A stretch of DNA of 64,000 nt from Cyanobacteriota bacterium (GCA_046052125.1 JBJOMY010000001.1:608001-672000); one strand, 5' to 3'; positions 9,785 to 19,559 are shown, counted from the stretch's first letter. Notes: generated by a model not told the origin, from the letters alone. Numbers and translations are program-made.

Positions 9785-10495
9785 TCAGGTCTGCTCTTGC
9801 CTTTCCGCCGTCCAGATCCAGCCCTCCTTCCTGGCTCGATCCAGATCCACAGGAGGGCGCGCACGGCCTCGGATGAAATCCGCCGCCGCTAGCACGCAGA
9901 CGAGGGCATCGATGGCATCGGCCGAGCTTGGAAGAGCGCCGTCGAGGGCGGTGAGATCGAGCAACGGCTCCAATCCCTCGATGGAGCCACCCTTGCCTTC
10001 TGAGCCATGGGCAAGTCGGGTGGCTGCCGGATACACCTCAATGGCAGCGGTGGGGTTCACATCAATTGGAGACCAGGCCAATGGAATTGCCATGCCCGTC
10101 GACGTCCTGAGCGTTTGCAGCAGATCGAGCGCTGCGACAGCTGTGCGCGAGATGAAGTTAGCCCCAACTTCCAAAGGCCGCTTACCGAAACGCTGGTAGA
10201 TGTCGTCGTCGCTCTGGCGTCGGAACAGGGCATGGGCTGTGGAACCCATCGCCGCTCCTGCCTGATGAGCGGCCAAGGCCTGCCCGATCGCGAGCGGCCA
10301 ACCCAGCGGAGCGTCAAGGGCCAGCAGCGCCGACTCGCCTGACTTCAACCAGCTGCTCACGATTGAGGCTGGCGACTCCTTGGGACTTGCAGTGCGGCAA
10401 GCCTTGATCCGCACGCGCTCGCCATTCAGTTCACCGAGCGCAAGCCCCACCTTGTTGGGCTGCGTGGCGCAATCGATGCCGATCAGGGCAACCAT
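9785..10495 (-). CDS. DUF429 family protein (predicted RNase H-like nuclease)
   Basis: IGIDCA, LALDAPLGWP, IEVYPAA and DAIDALVC motifs. Confidence 0.8.
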   Translation of the reverse strand: MVALIGIDCATQPNKVGLALGELNGERVRIKACRTASPKESPASIVSSWLKSGESALLALDAPLGWPLAIGQALAAHQAGAAMGSTAHALFRRQSDDDIYQRFGKRPLEVGANFISRTAVAALDLLQTLRTSTGMAIPLAWSPIDVNPTAAIEVYPAATRLAHGSEGKGGSIEGLEPLLDLTALDGALPSSADAIDALVCVLAAADFIRGRARPPVDLDRARKEGWIWTAERQEQT

Positions 10496-10512
10496 CGCCG
10501 CTGGACTTCTGC

Positions 10513-10713
10513 TCAGACTCTGGCCTGTATCCACTCCTGCAGCAGTTGCTGAGGGTCAACACCCTCCAGCAGTTCATCGGGCACCACCGCCACGCGCCGC
10601 AGATCCGGCATACGGCTGCGCACCTGCGCGATGGCGTGGTCAGGGTCCATCGCCCGCACCGGCTGAATGCTGCAGCGCTCCTGATCGCAGAAGAACACGG
10701 AAAACGCTGCCAT
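10513..10713 (-). CDS. Small conserved-looking hypothetical protein
   Basis: 66 aa; coding-like; co-oriented with DUF429. Confidence 0.55.
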   Translation of the reverse strand: MAAFSVFFCDQERCSIQPVRAMDPDHAIAQVRSRMPDLRRVAVVPDELLEGVDPQQLLQEWIQARV

Positions 10714-10944
10714 GCCTGGGCTCTAGAAGTGAAATTGGGTGGGCTGCGGTGTGAGGAGTGCAGCCCAGTGCATCGCTGTGATGACGGCCAGGGGGTGATG
10801 ACCTCTCCTGACGCGTGAAGCGAGCACCGCTCGGTCATGGCCCAGGTGGCGGGTCAAGCGCAAGAGCGATCAGAGCGTCAGTGCTGCTCAATCGGGCTGA
10901 TCGGCTCGAGCACCTCCAACAGCGCCTGCAATTCCACCTGAGGA

Positions 10945-11115
10945 TCACGCTGCAACAGAGCGACCACATCGGATTTGGGGCCTACTCGTGCCGCCCTTGC
11001 CCAGCTGATACACCGTGATCCAGGGGCTTCGCCGGTGCTCTCTCAGCCGGTAGCGGGCGCCGAAGGCGCGCAGCACCGCATTGCAGCGCTGCATGGGGCC
11101 CTAAAGGGTGGCCAT
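10945..11115 (-). pseudogene. Gene remnant, possibly the N-terminus of a picocyanobacterial tyrosine integrase
   Basis: Reads MATL*GPMQRCNAVLRAFGARYRLREHRRSPWITVYQLG with an in-frame TAG; lies just downstream of the tRNA-Lys fragment. Confidence 0.35.
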
Positions 11116-11347
11116 GGGAAACGCATCTCTGTCGTGAGTGTTCCCACTGATCAGGCCCCAGAACCCCACTCAGTCTCAGCAAATGAGACGCGGTGGATTC
11201 CTTGGGACTTGTCCCAAGGAAATGACACAACTACGGTTTTCGGCAATCTCCCCGGACTCATTCCGGCCGGAGTGGAGTGCCTTCAGAAGCCCTGAAATCC
11301 CTTGCGCCGCAGGGTTAAACCCTTGCAGTCAAAACGATCTCAAGAAA

Positions 11348-11391
11348 TGGGTCGTCTGAGATTCGAACTCAGGACCAATCGGTTAAAAGCC
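11348..11391 (-). tRNA. 3' half of tRNA-Lys(TTT); non-functional fragment marking an att site
   Basis: Minus strand GG-CTTTTAA-CCGATTGGTC-CTGAG-TTCGAAT-CTCAG-ACGACCC-A (anticodon loop, T-arm, 3' acceptor strand); no complementary 5' acceptor strand upstream. Confidence 0.88.
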
Positions 11392-11439
11392 AATCTTGAC
11401 CGCTCGACAATACTTTCGATCACCGGATTGAGTCTCAAG

Positions 11440-11457
11440 AGGTACAGGGAAGGTACA
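11440..11457 (+). repeat. AGGTACA direct repeat, 11-bp period; candidate integrase arm-type site
   Basis: aggtaca-ggga-aggtaca about 50 bp inside the att core. Confidence 0.45.
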
Positions 11458-12130
11458 AATGACAATCTCCGACATCATAAGACACCCCTTTGGGTTCCTC
11501 CTTGCGACACCGGGCCGGAATATGTTTTGTAACCCTGCTTCTGAGGCCGCCCCGCCAGGGCCATGCCACATGCCTATCCGAGCACCCAAGCGGGACAGAA
11601 GCCAGTTGCAGCAAGTGGTCAGCCGCAAGACCTAAGAACAAGCAGAGCCAGCAATGCCACCCCTAAGCATCAATCAGACCGAGCAGGAGTCAGAAGACTT
11701 ATTTAGCTATCTGACGGCGCTGAACTCGATAAGCGGCCCACTTCATGTCTCTTTGATTCTTCTGAGGCTGCTGATATGCGGCATTGATAGCGTCGCCACA
11801 GCCTGCCGTGCACCCACGGGCGACCTCACCCGGCCGCCCAGCCCTTGGCCATAACCGTGGGCGCAAATTACCGCCATTTGGAGAAAGAGAACTGTCATTG
11901 AGGCCAGGCAGCCACTCGAGCAACGCCAGACCCCCCAGGCCGCCCTGCAAGCCCTGGGCAACTGGCTTGGGGCCTTCCAGCCAGGGCGGGACGCCCAGGC
12001 TGAAAAGAGCTGGCAACCCGGCACGACGGCGGCCCTGCAGGAGGAGAGACCTGCCGCAGAGCCCCACGGCAATACAGCTCGTTGCGAAGGCGCTAGCTAC
12101 CGCCAACCGTTCGCGAAGTCAACAGGCATA

Positions 12131-12838
12131 ATGTTAGGGTTCCCAAATGGCAACCCAGTGCAGAGCCTCCAGCACAAGCTAGACGCTGCGCGGGTGCAAT
12201 TTGGCAAATTTTTGCGCAATTGGCGTCGTAGCAACGACTGGTCGGTGACCACCGCCCAGGACTGGGCCAAGGCCTGCCCTGCCCTGATCCCCTGGCCGTT
12301 GCGGGTGGCTGGAGGGCAGTGGGGGAACCTGGAGAACGGCAAGGTCCAGCAGCCCCAGCCCAGCACCTTCATTCAGCTGGGGGTGCTCAACGAGTGCCTG
12401 GCCCTCGAGGACCGTGGCCCGATCAAGGACAAGACCCTGCGCGACCGGGTGCAGCGGGCCCAGCCGGTGCGGCACCCCGACGGCCGGGTCTGGGGCGCAG
12501 AGGACTGGTTCGCCTGCTACATCGGCAAGCTCGAGGGTCCGGCTGAGCTCTGGCCCCGCCAGGACGACATCGACGCGGAGACCGAGACCAAGCGTCTGCG
12601 CACGCTGTTCGACCAGGCAGCAGAGAGCGCCGGCATGCGGCCGGTATCGGCGGCGATGCAGGTGCTGCGCAAGGCCGGTGATCTGCCGATGGAGCAGGTC
12701 GTGGCCATCGAGAACGCGCTTTTTGCCGGCGAGCGACTGCCAGCGGCCATCCTGCCCATCGCCCGCCAGGCACTGGAAGCCTGGGTGAAAGAAGCAGCCC
12801 CGGAACTGCTCTCCTCGGAAGGCGAGGCCTCCTCCTGA
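12131..12838 (+). CDS. XRE/Cro-like HTH transcriptional regulator (true start may be GTG 12158)
   Basis: FGKFLRNWRRSNDWS...QWGNLENGKVQQPQPSTFIQLG resembles an XRE HTH. Confidence 0.6.
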   Translation: MLGFPNGNPVQSLQHKLDAARVQFGKFLRNWRRSNDWSVTTAQDWAKACPALIPWPLRVAGGQWGNLENGKVQQPQPSTFIQLGVLNECLALEDRGPIKDKTLRDRVQRAQPVRHPDGRVWGAEDWFACYIGKLEGPAELWPRQDDIDAETETKRLRTLFDQAAESAGMRPVSAAMQVLRKAGDLPMEQVVAIENALFAGERLPAAILPIARQALEAWVKEAAPELLSSEGEASS

Positions 12839-12978
12839 TCCAGCAGCAGCACGCGGAACCAGACCGGGGCCGTGGCCATCACTACAGACCAGCAATTATG
12901 CGTAGCCGGAATACCAGGCTTTAGCGTTCCCGAAACCGTTACAACAGGGGTAGCTTTGGCGTCGACCTGCAAGACCTT

Positions 12979-13323
12979 GTGGATCGCGCCGAACGCGGCA
13001 CACCTGATGCCGATTCCAGGCCTCCTGATGGCCTGGAGATCCGATACCCCCATCGCTCCGATCTGGAGCACTACACCCTGATCCAGGCTTCTTTCTCTGC
13101 AGCCCTTGCCACGTGGCAGCAGCGCTGGCCGGCGATCAACGCTGAATCCCTGGCTGCCCTGGCCGGCCACGGCATCGCCATCAGCTATCGCCAAAGCGCG
13201 TGCGGCGGCTACGTGGCCACCCTGCTGCACCGCGAAGGCGGTGGCATCGATTCGGGCCTGTGCCCGTCGCTGTTGGAGGCCAGACAGCTCGTCCTTGGCC
13301 ATGGCCGGGAGGAGGGGCCATGA
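12979..13323 (+). CDS. Hypothetical protein
   Basis: Stop overlaps the ATG of the exonuclease gene (ATGA coupling). Confidence 0.55.
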   Translation: MDRAERGTPDADSRPPDGLEIRYPHRSDLEHYTLIQASFSAALATWQQRWPAINAESLAALAGHGIAISYRQSACGGYVATLLHREGGGIDSGLCPSLLEARQLVLGHGREEGP

Positions 13324-14168
13324 GCGACCTCTCCCTGGCGGACTACCACCGCCATCCCGCCTGGTCTCCCACCGCCTTGAAGGCAGCCGTCACGGGCACG
13401 ATGCGGGCCTGGTGGCAGCGCTTCGGGCCGGGGGCGCCGCCGTTCATCCCCTCGCCGGACATGGTCAAGGGGGATCTGGTCGATGCCCTGCTCACCCCGC
13501 CGTTCCGCATCGAGGAGCGCTTTGCGGCGTTCAAGACGATCGCCCGCAACACCAAGGCCGGTGCCGCCAACTGCGCCGAGGCCGAAGCAGCCGGGCTGAC
13601 GCCGGTGAGCCACGAGATGGTGGAGCAGGCCCAGCGCATCCGCGATGCCCTCCATGCCGATCCGGTGGTGGGGGAGGTGCTGGCGGCGCTGGATCCAGCA
13701 GCCAGCCAGCAGCCCCACTTCTGGGATGACGAAGCCGGCCGGCCCTGCCGCTGCCTGCCGGATGTGGTGACCAGCGACGGCCGCCTGTTCGACCTCAAGA
13801 AGACGCGAAGCGCCGTGCCCCGTCGCTTCTACTGGCAGGCGAAGGATCTGGCCTACGACCTGCAGATCGCCCATCTGGCCCTGGGGCACCAGCACCGCTG
13901 CGGCTCCGAGCCGGCCGAAACCGGGGTGATCGCCTTCGAGTGGCCGAGCGATCCAGCCGCGGCAATCGACTGCAGCCTGCTGATCTTCGACGGACAGGAC
14001 CTGCAGAGCGGGCTGGCGCGGCGGGAGGAAGCCTTCCAGCGGATCGCCGACTGCCAGGCCAGTGGCATCTGGCCGAGCCACGGCCGCCACGCCTTCCGCC
14101 CTGCGCCCTCCAGTTTCAGCCTTCCCGAACGCGAAGAACTTGATCAGGATTCCATTGACCTCTTCTGA
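13320..14168 (+). CDS. RecE/exonuclease VIII-like PD-(D/E)XK nuclease (DUF3799 type)
   Basis: YHRHPAWSPTALK N-terminus; CRCLPD...FDLKKT; YDLQIAH; coupled to a RecT-like gene. Confidence 0.85.
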   Translation: MSDLSLADYHRHPAWSPTALKAAVTGTMRAWWQRFGPGAPPFIPSPDMVKGDLVDALLTPPFRIEERFAAFKTIARNTKAGAANCAEAEAAGLTPVSHEMVEQAQRIRDALHADPVVGEVLAALDPAASQQPHFWDDEAGRPCRCLPDVVTSDGRLFDLKKTRSAVPRRFYWQAKDLAYDLQIAHLALGHQHRCGSEPAETGVIAFEWPSDPAAAIDCSLLIFDGQDLQSGLARREEAFQRIADCQASGIWPSHGRHAFRPAPSSFSLPEREELDQDSIDLF

Positions 14169-15415
14169 TGAGCGACCCCACCCTCACAACCGGCGCGCTT
14201 GCGCCCTCCACTTCCACCTCCTCAGCGCTGACGGTGCACGGGGATGCCCTGCAGGTGTTCAGCGGCATCGCCGCCTTTGACGCCGCCCAGCGCATGGCCA
14301 AGGCCCTGTGCTCCTCCACCCTCGTGCCCAAGGAGTACCAGGGGCAACAGGGGCTGGCGAACAGCCTGATCGCCCTGGAGATCGCCGGCCGCATGCGCCT
14401 CTCGCCCCTGGTGGTGATGCAGAACATGACGCCGATCCACGGGCGGCCCACCTGGAGCAGCAAGTTCCTGATCGCCACGGTGAATGCCAGCGGCCGCTTC
14501 TCGCCGCTGCGCTTCGTGTTCGACGACAAGGAGCAGCCCACCCGCTGCCACGCCGTGGCGACCGACAAGGCCACCGGCGAGGTGCTGGAGGGGGAGACGA
14601 TCACGCTCGAGCTGGCCCGCAAGGAGGGCTGGTGGAGCCGCAAGGACCGCCAGGGCAACGAGACCAGCAAGTGGCAGACGATGACCGGCCAGATGCTGCG
14701 CTACCGCGCCGCGGCCTGGTGGGCGAACGTCTACTGCCCGGAGATTGCCCTGGGGCTGATGACCCAGGAGGAGGCGCTGGACATCGAGCCGGTGTCGGTG
14801 CGGGAGGCGCCTGCGGCAACCCTGCCGACCAGCTCGCTTGATCAACCAACGTCAGGAGCGACAGATGCCAAGCAGGGCCCAGCAGTTCCTGCACTCCTGC
14901 ACTCTCGGGAAGGCGGTTCTCCTCTGCCGGGTCCCCTGAACCCTGAGGCAGATGCGCCGCTGATCCGCAGCGAACCCGCTGCAGGTGAAGCCGCTCTTCC
15001 TGCTGCGGTGGTGGAGGCCGAGATCGTCGACAGCGGCAACAACCAGCCGGAGCCTGCCCCCGCAAGCAAAGCAACCCCCGCAGCGACGCGCCGCTCGCGA
15101 AACCAGGGGACATCCGCAGCCGGCACGACCGCAGCCAACACGCCCGAAAGCCCGCCGTCTGAGCAAGATCCGGCGCCAGTCGGCTCCCAGGAGCCAGTGG
15201 AAGCATCCCCGGCACCAGCGGCAACCCCAGACGTCGACCCGGTGGAGGCCGGGCTGCAGCAGATCCCCCGCATCGCCACCCTGCTGGAGCTTGATGCCGC
15301 CTACGGGCGGGTGAACCAGCTGCTCGGCTCGGGGCGCATCACCGACAGCGCCGCCGAACGGTTGTGGAGTGCCGTCGCCCGGCGCCGCAAGGAGCTGGAG
15401 GGAGAGACCCCATGA
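14168..15415 (+). CDS. RecT/Bet-like single-strand annealing protein with long low-complexity C-terminal tail
   Basis: SSTLVPKEYQG...IALEIAGRMRLSPLVVMQN...IHGRPTWS...QMLRYRAA. Confidence 0.8.
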   Translation: MSDPTLTTGALAPSTSTSSALTVHGDALQVFSGIAAFDAAQRMAKALCSSTLVPKEYQGQQGLANSLIALEIAGRMRLSPLVVMQNMTPIHGRPTWSSKFLIATVNASGRFSPLRFVFDDKEQPTRCHAVATDKATGEVLEGETITLELARKEGWWSRKDRQGNETSKWQTMTGQMLRYRAAAWWANVYCPEIALGLMTQEEALDIEPVSVREAPAATLPTSSLDQPTSGATDAKQGPAVPALLHSREGGSPLPGPLNPEADAPLIRSEPAAGEAALPAAVVEAEIVDSGNNQPEPAPASKATPAATRRSRNQGTSAAGTTAANTPESPPSEQDPAPVGSQEPVEASPAPAATPDVDPVEAGLQQIPRIATLLELDAAYGRVNQLLGSGRITDSAAERLWSAVARRRKELEGETP

Positions 15416-15798
15416 GCACCACCCTCTATCTGATCCAGGCCCAACACCTGCTGGAGCTGGCGCTGGATCAGGCCCGCCAGGAGCGCGACAGGGGCGTCTT
15501 TGAGATGGCCCGCGGGGAGCGCAGCCTCAAGCAGCTGCAGCGGCTGGTGGAGCGGGCCGCCTTGATTCGGGGCCTGTGGGAGCAGACCCGCAGCCTGATC
15601 GGCGCCAAGGACAATCCCCCGCCACCGACCGAGTTCCGGCCAGGGGAGCACTGGCTGAGCAAAGAAGGCCTCTATCGGGTCGAGCACTGCCCGCTGATCC
15701 CCAGCTGCGTGCAGCTGATCCCACTGGGCAGCAGCGGCCAGGAGCCGCTCTACCGCCACCCGAGCAACACCAACCGTTTTCAGAGGCTCTGGCCATGA
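15412..15798 (+). CDS. Hypothetical protein
   Basis: ATGA overlaps on both sides. Confidence 0.6.
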   Translation: MSTTLYLIQAQHLLELALDQARQERDRGVFEMARGERSLKQLQRLVERAALIRGLWEQTRSLIGAKDNPPPPTEFRPGEHWLSKEGLYRVEHCPLIPSCVQLIPLGSSGQEPLYRHPSNTNRFQRLWP

Positions 15799-16040
15799 GC
15801 GCACTGCCGGCACGACCGCGGCCCCTGCGCCAGCGAATCGGTAACCACAAAAAGACGATCACCATGAACAACGACACCTACGAGCGGGTGAACGCCTTCG
15901 CGCGGCGCCACAACATCACCTGGAGTGGGGCCCTGCATGAGCTGGTGCGCACCCATCCCCTGATCGGCTTGTCGTCACTGCTGGACGCCCAGAAGCGCAT
16001 CGATGCCATCAAGGGCGCCGCGCAGGAGGTGCAGGCATGA
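15795..16040 (+). CDS. Putative ribbon-helix-helix DNA-binding protein
   Basis: KKTITMNNDTYERVNAFARRHNITWSGALHELV pattern; coupled to ssb. Confidence 0.55.
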   Translation: MSALPARPRPLRQRIGNHKKTITMNNDTYERVNAFARRHNITWSGALHELVRTHPLIGLSSLLDAQKRIDAIKGAAQEVQA

Positions 16041-16543
16041 GCATCAACGTGGTCGTGCTGGTCGGCAACGCCGGCCGGGATCCGGAGCTGCGCTTCTTTG
16101 AGAGCGGGAGCTGCGTGTGTGAGTTCACGCTCGCCATCAACCGGCCACCACGGGATGGCCAGGAGCAGAACCCGCTGTGGGTGAACTGCAAGGCCTGGGG
16201 CAAGACCGCCCAGGTGGCCGGGGACTACGTCCGCAAGGGCAGCAAGGTGGCAGTGGTCGGCCGGCTGGAGAGCGAGCAGTGGACCGACAGAACCAGCGGT
16301 GAGGTGCGCAGCAAGACCCTGGTGGTGATCGACCGCCTGGAGCTCTGCGGCAGCCGCGGGGGCGGCGATGGCTTGGGCACTCCCGCTCCCTCCGGCGGGC
16401 CGCCCACCCGAGGGCATGGCTCAGCACCACCAGGTGCAACCGCGCAAGGTGCAGCACCACCGAGCGCAGGCGGCTGGGGGAATGACTGGAGCGCGCCGCC
16501 CGCCGGCGCCACACCCCTCAGCGACGAGGAGGTCCCGTTCTGA
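16037..16543 (+). CDS. ssb: Single-stranded DNA-binding protein
   Basis: INVVVLVGNAGRDPELRFFESG...; Gly/Pro linker; acidic C-terminus DEEVPF. Confidence 0.95.
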   Translation: MSINVVVLVGNAGRDPELRFFESGSCVCEFTLAINRPPRDGQEQNPLWVNCKAWGKTAQVAGDYVRKGSKVAVVGRLESEQWTDRTSGEVRSKTLVVIDRLELCGSRGGGDGLGTPAPSGGPPTRGHGSAPPGATAQGAAPPSAGGWGNDWSAPPAGATPLSDEEVPF

Positions 16544-16773
16544 TGGAACGCTCCTCCAGACGGCTGGACCTGCCGGCCTTTCCCCGCAGCCGCCCCCGCC
16601 ATCCCAAACTCCTCACCCTGAGCCGCCTGCGCCGCCTCAGGCGGTTGCAGTTGATCGTGCTGCTGCTCCAGCTCGGCTGCCTGGGTCTGTTGATCCGGGT
16701 GGTGGTGCGGGAGCCACTGCCGCTCTGCCGGCTGCAGCAGGCGATGCAAGTGATCCGAGGACCGATCCCCTGA
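16543..16773 (+). CDS. Small hypothetical membrane protein
   Basis: Coupled to ssb; one hydrophobic segment. Confidence 0.4.
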   Translation: MERSSRRLDLPAFPRSRPRHPKLLTLSRLRRLRRLQLIVLLLQLGCLGLLIRVVVREPLPLCRLQQAMQVIRGPIP

Positions 16774-16800
16774 CCGAAGGGCTCGCTGGGCGCGTGAGGA

Positions 16801-17973
16801 TCAGAGCGGTTCAGCGCCCTCGCCCAGGATCGCCAGGTAGGCGTCGTAGGCGAACAGGCGGTTGCGCCGACCGCCGGTGATCTCGCGGGCGATACCCAGT
16901 TCCACCAGGGTCTCGAGAACCTTGCCGGCAGTGGGGAAACTCAGTCCACTCAGCTCTTTGAGCTGCTTGGTGCTGGTGAGCGGTCGCTGCCGCAACGCCG
17001 CATAGCCCTGGCGCACGCTCGGCCCGGAGCGTCCGAGGCCGACCAGGCGCTCCTCATCGGTTCGGAACAGGGCGAGCAGCCGCTGGGCGGTGGCCACGGC
17101 GGCCGAGGCCGTGCTCTCGACACCCTCCAGGAAGAAGTCAATCCAGGCCTCCCAGTCGCCCTGCTGGCGGACACCATCGAGCAGCTCGTAGTAGCGGCTG
17201 CGGTGCTCCTTGAAGAACAGACTCAGGTAGAGCAGCGGCTGCTGGAGCACACCGGCCTCGATCAGCATCAGCACGATCAGCAGGCGGCCCAGGCGGCCGT
17301 TGCCATCGAGGAAGGGGTGGATCGTCTCGAACTGAACGTGGGCCAGGGCGGCACGCACCAGCACAGGCAGGGAGTGTTCACCGTGCTGGCCGCCGTGAAT
17401 GAAGTGCTCCAGCTGGCCCATGCAGGGCTCCACCTGAGCCGGTGGCGGCGGCACGAAACGGGCGTTGCCCGGCCTGGTGCCACCGATCCAGTTCTGGCTG
17501 CGCCGGAACTCACCCGGCAGGCGATCGGCACCGCGGCCCCGGGCCAGCAACCGGCCATGGATCTCGCGCAGCAGGCGAGAGGACAGGGGAAAGCCCTCGC
17601 TCAGCCGGGCCAGGCCATGCTCCAGCCCAGCGACGTAACTGGAGACCTCCACCACGTCATCGAAAGGCACGCCGGGAGCCTCCTCCAGTTCAAAGAGGAG
17701 CAGGTCGGAGAGCGAGGACTGGGTGCCTTCGATCTGGGAGGAGAGCAGGGCCTCGCGGCGCACGTAGGCGTAGAGGAACAGCTCCGGATCAGGGAGCAGG
17801 GCAGAGACCCCATCGAGGCGGCCGCAAGCCAGCAGCGCCCGATCGTGCAACGCCTGCAGCGGCCCCTCCAGCAACACCGGCGGATCGGGCGGCAATGGCG
17901 CTGGCACGAACGCCCGGACCGATTCCCCAGCGGTGCTGGTGATCTCGTAGCGACCGGTGCTGTCGCGGCGCAC
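16801..17973 (-). CDS. Fic family protein with C-terminal wHTH
   Basis: HPFLDGNGRLGR Fic motif; SSQIEGT inhibitory-helix motif. Confidence 0.95.
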   Translation of the reverse strand: MRRDSTGRYEITSTAGESVRAFVPAPLPPDPPVLLEGPLQALHDRALLACGRLDGVSALLPDPELFLYAYVRREALLSSQIEGTQSSLSDLLLFELEEAPGVPFDDVVEVSSYVAGLEHGLARLSEGFPLSSRLLREIHGRLLARGRGADRLPGEFRRSQNWIGGTRPGNARFVPPPPAQVEPCMGQLEHFIHGGQHGEHSLPVLVRAALAHVQFETIHPFLDGNGRLGRLLIVLMLIEAGVLQQPLLYLSLFFKEHRSRYYELLDGVRQQGDWEAWIDFFLEGVESTASAAVATAQRLLALFRTDEERLVGLGRSGPSVRQGYAALRQRPLTSTKQLKELSGLSFPTAGKVLETLVELGIAREITGGRRNRLFAYDAYLAILGEGAEPL

Positions 17974-18188
17974 GAAACCTCCTTTGGGGCGAACCTTGAA
18001 TACGCGTCAAGCTTATTCAAGAGAGAGTCACCTGCGTTAAATAAAGGTGCTTTCGGGCGGATGAGCTCGCCCCCTGTTCCCGCAGGGAGATCAGCACGGG
18101 GAAGGCCAGCTGCAGACAACCGACTCCCTCTCGCCAGCAGCGCCCAGGGCGATGACAATCGCAGAAGGCCATCTGCGGGTGCCAGACG

Positions 18189-18575
18189 ATGAGTCCTCGC
18201 CTGATCATTTCCGACAACCGCGACGACCCCGGCAATCCGCTGGTGCTCGATGGCGAGGCCATTGACGCGGCAGCCAGCGACCCCGTGGCGATCGGCAAAC
18301 TGATGGTCGATCAGGTGTGGGCAGAAGGCACCGATCCCACAGGTGGGGGCCTCTACTACGAACGCAGCAGCAACCGGCACCGGCGCCTGCAGGCCTTCGA
18401 GACCGGCCACGAGGACTACATGACCGGCGGCTGGGTGCGAGTGCTGGCCACGGCAGAACAGGTGAGCAGGGAGCGGGCAGGAATGGAGCAGGCCGCCAGG
18501 CACGGGCTGGTCACGATCCACGGCAGCCACCGGGGCGTGCTGCTGGTCGAGTTTCTGGATGTGGCCTGGGCCTGA
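18189..18575 (+). CDS. Hypothetical protein
   Basis: 128 aa; coding-like third-position GC. Confidence 0.6.
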   Translation: MSPRLIISDNRDDPGNPLVLDGEAIDAAASDPVAIGKLMVDQVWAEGTDPTGGGLYYERSSNRHRRLQAFETGHEDYMTGGWVRVLATAEQVSRERAGMEQAARHGLVTIHGSHRGVLLVEFLDVAWA

Positions 18576-19055
18576 CCGGCATACCGCAGGGCTCCGGTCG
18601 GCAGCGGCCGTCCTTCAGCGTGCCACGGCTGCGCCGTGGCGTGCATCGGCCAGCCGCCGCCGCCCTCCGCTCCGGGGCCGGTGTTGGGGTGGCAGGCAGG
18701 GCTGCTTTCCCGCGGCTGCGGTGGCCAGGCGCTTCAGTCCATTGGGCTGCCAGATCGCTGCCCAGAGATGTCTCGCGCGACTGCGCGGTCAGATGTTTTT
18801 TTAGAGCCCCATTCGTTGCCGATCCCTCGTCGCTCATTTGCAGCGTCTCAAGATGGCCAGCGCCTGCCCAGATCCACTGCGGCACAACGAAACTGGCCCG
18901 CCTTTAGTGCGTTTGCACTGGTAGAATAAGGGCTGCGCCAAAGGCCCTGAGCCCATCGCCGGCGGCAACCTCATCCCCTGGTCTCGCCATCACCGCTGCG
19001 TAGTTCAGAGCAGTTGTGATGCCCCGATCAGTTGTCATTTTCGGCAACTGAATCC

Positions 19056-19559
19056 ATGGATCTTTGTGTATTGCCACGGCCCATTGAGGCCCCCTCCCGT
19101 TCCCTGGTGATCGCCGCCGGTGGCGGCCGTGATCTGGCCTGGCCCCATCAGCGCATTGCCGCTGAGCTGCTCGCCCGCAGTGGCGGCCGGCTGGTGCATC
19201 TGGTGCTCCATGGCGGGGCCCGCGGGGCCGATGCCGCCATTGGCCGGGCTGCCCATCAGCTGGGCTGGTCCTCTGTGGTGATGCCAGCCCGATGGGAGCG
19301 CCACGGCCGGGCCGCCGGGCCGATTCGGAATCGCGAGCTGCTGGAGCAGGCCATTGCCCGAGCCGTCGCCCACACCTCCCCCAGCTGTCTCGCCTCGGTG
19401 CTGGTGGTGGCTTTCCCCGGCGGCCCTGGCACCGCCTCCCTGGTGCAGCAGGCCCGCCGTCTCGCTTCCCGATCCCCGGTGCCGATCGCCGTGGTGGAGG
19501 TCAGTCCATCGGCCGGGCTGTGGGCCGTTCCATCCCCAGAGCTTCCGCCTGGCGCCTGA
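19056..19559 (+). CDS. SLOG family (DUF2493/YspA-like) protein
   Basis: IAAGGGRD...LHGGARGAD...AAGPIRN...AFPGGPGT. Confidence 0.85.
   Translation: MDLCVLPRPIEAPSRSLVIAAGGGRDLAWPHQRIAAELLARSGGRLVHLVLHGGARGADAAIGRAAHQLGWSSVVMPARWERHGRAAGPIRNRELLEQAIARAVAHTSPSCLASVLVVAFPGGPGTASLVQQARRLASRSPVPIAVVEVSPSAGLWAVPSPELPPGA

Noticed and set aside
11348..11420. Complete tRNA-Lys gene
   Set aside because: No 5' strand complementary to the ACGACCC acceptor arm; only the 3' half is canonical.
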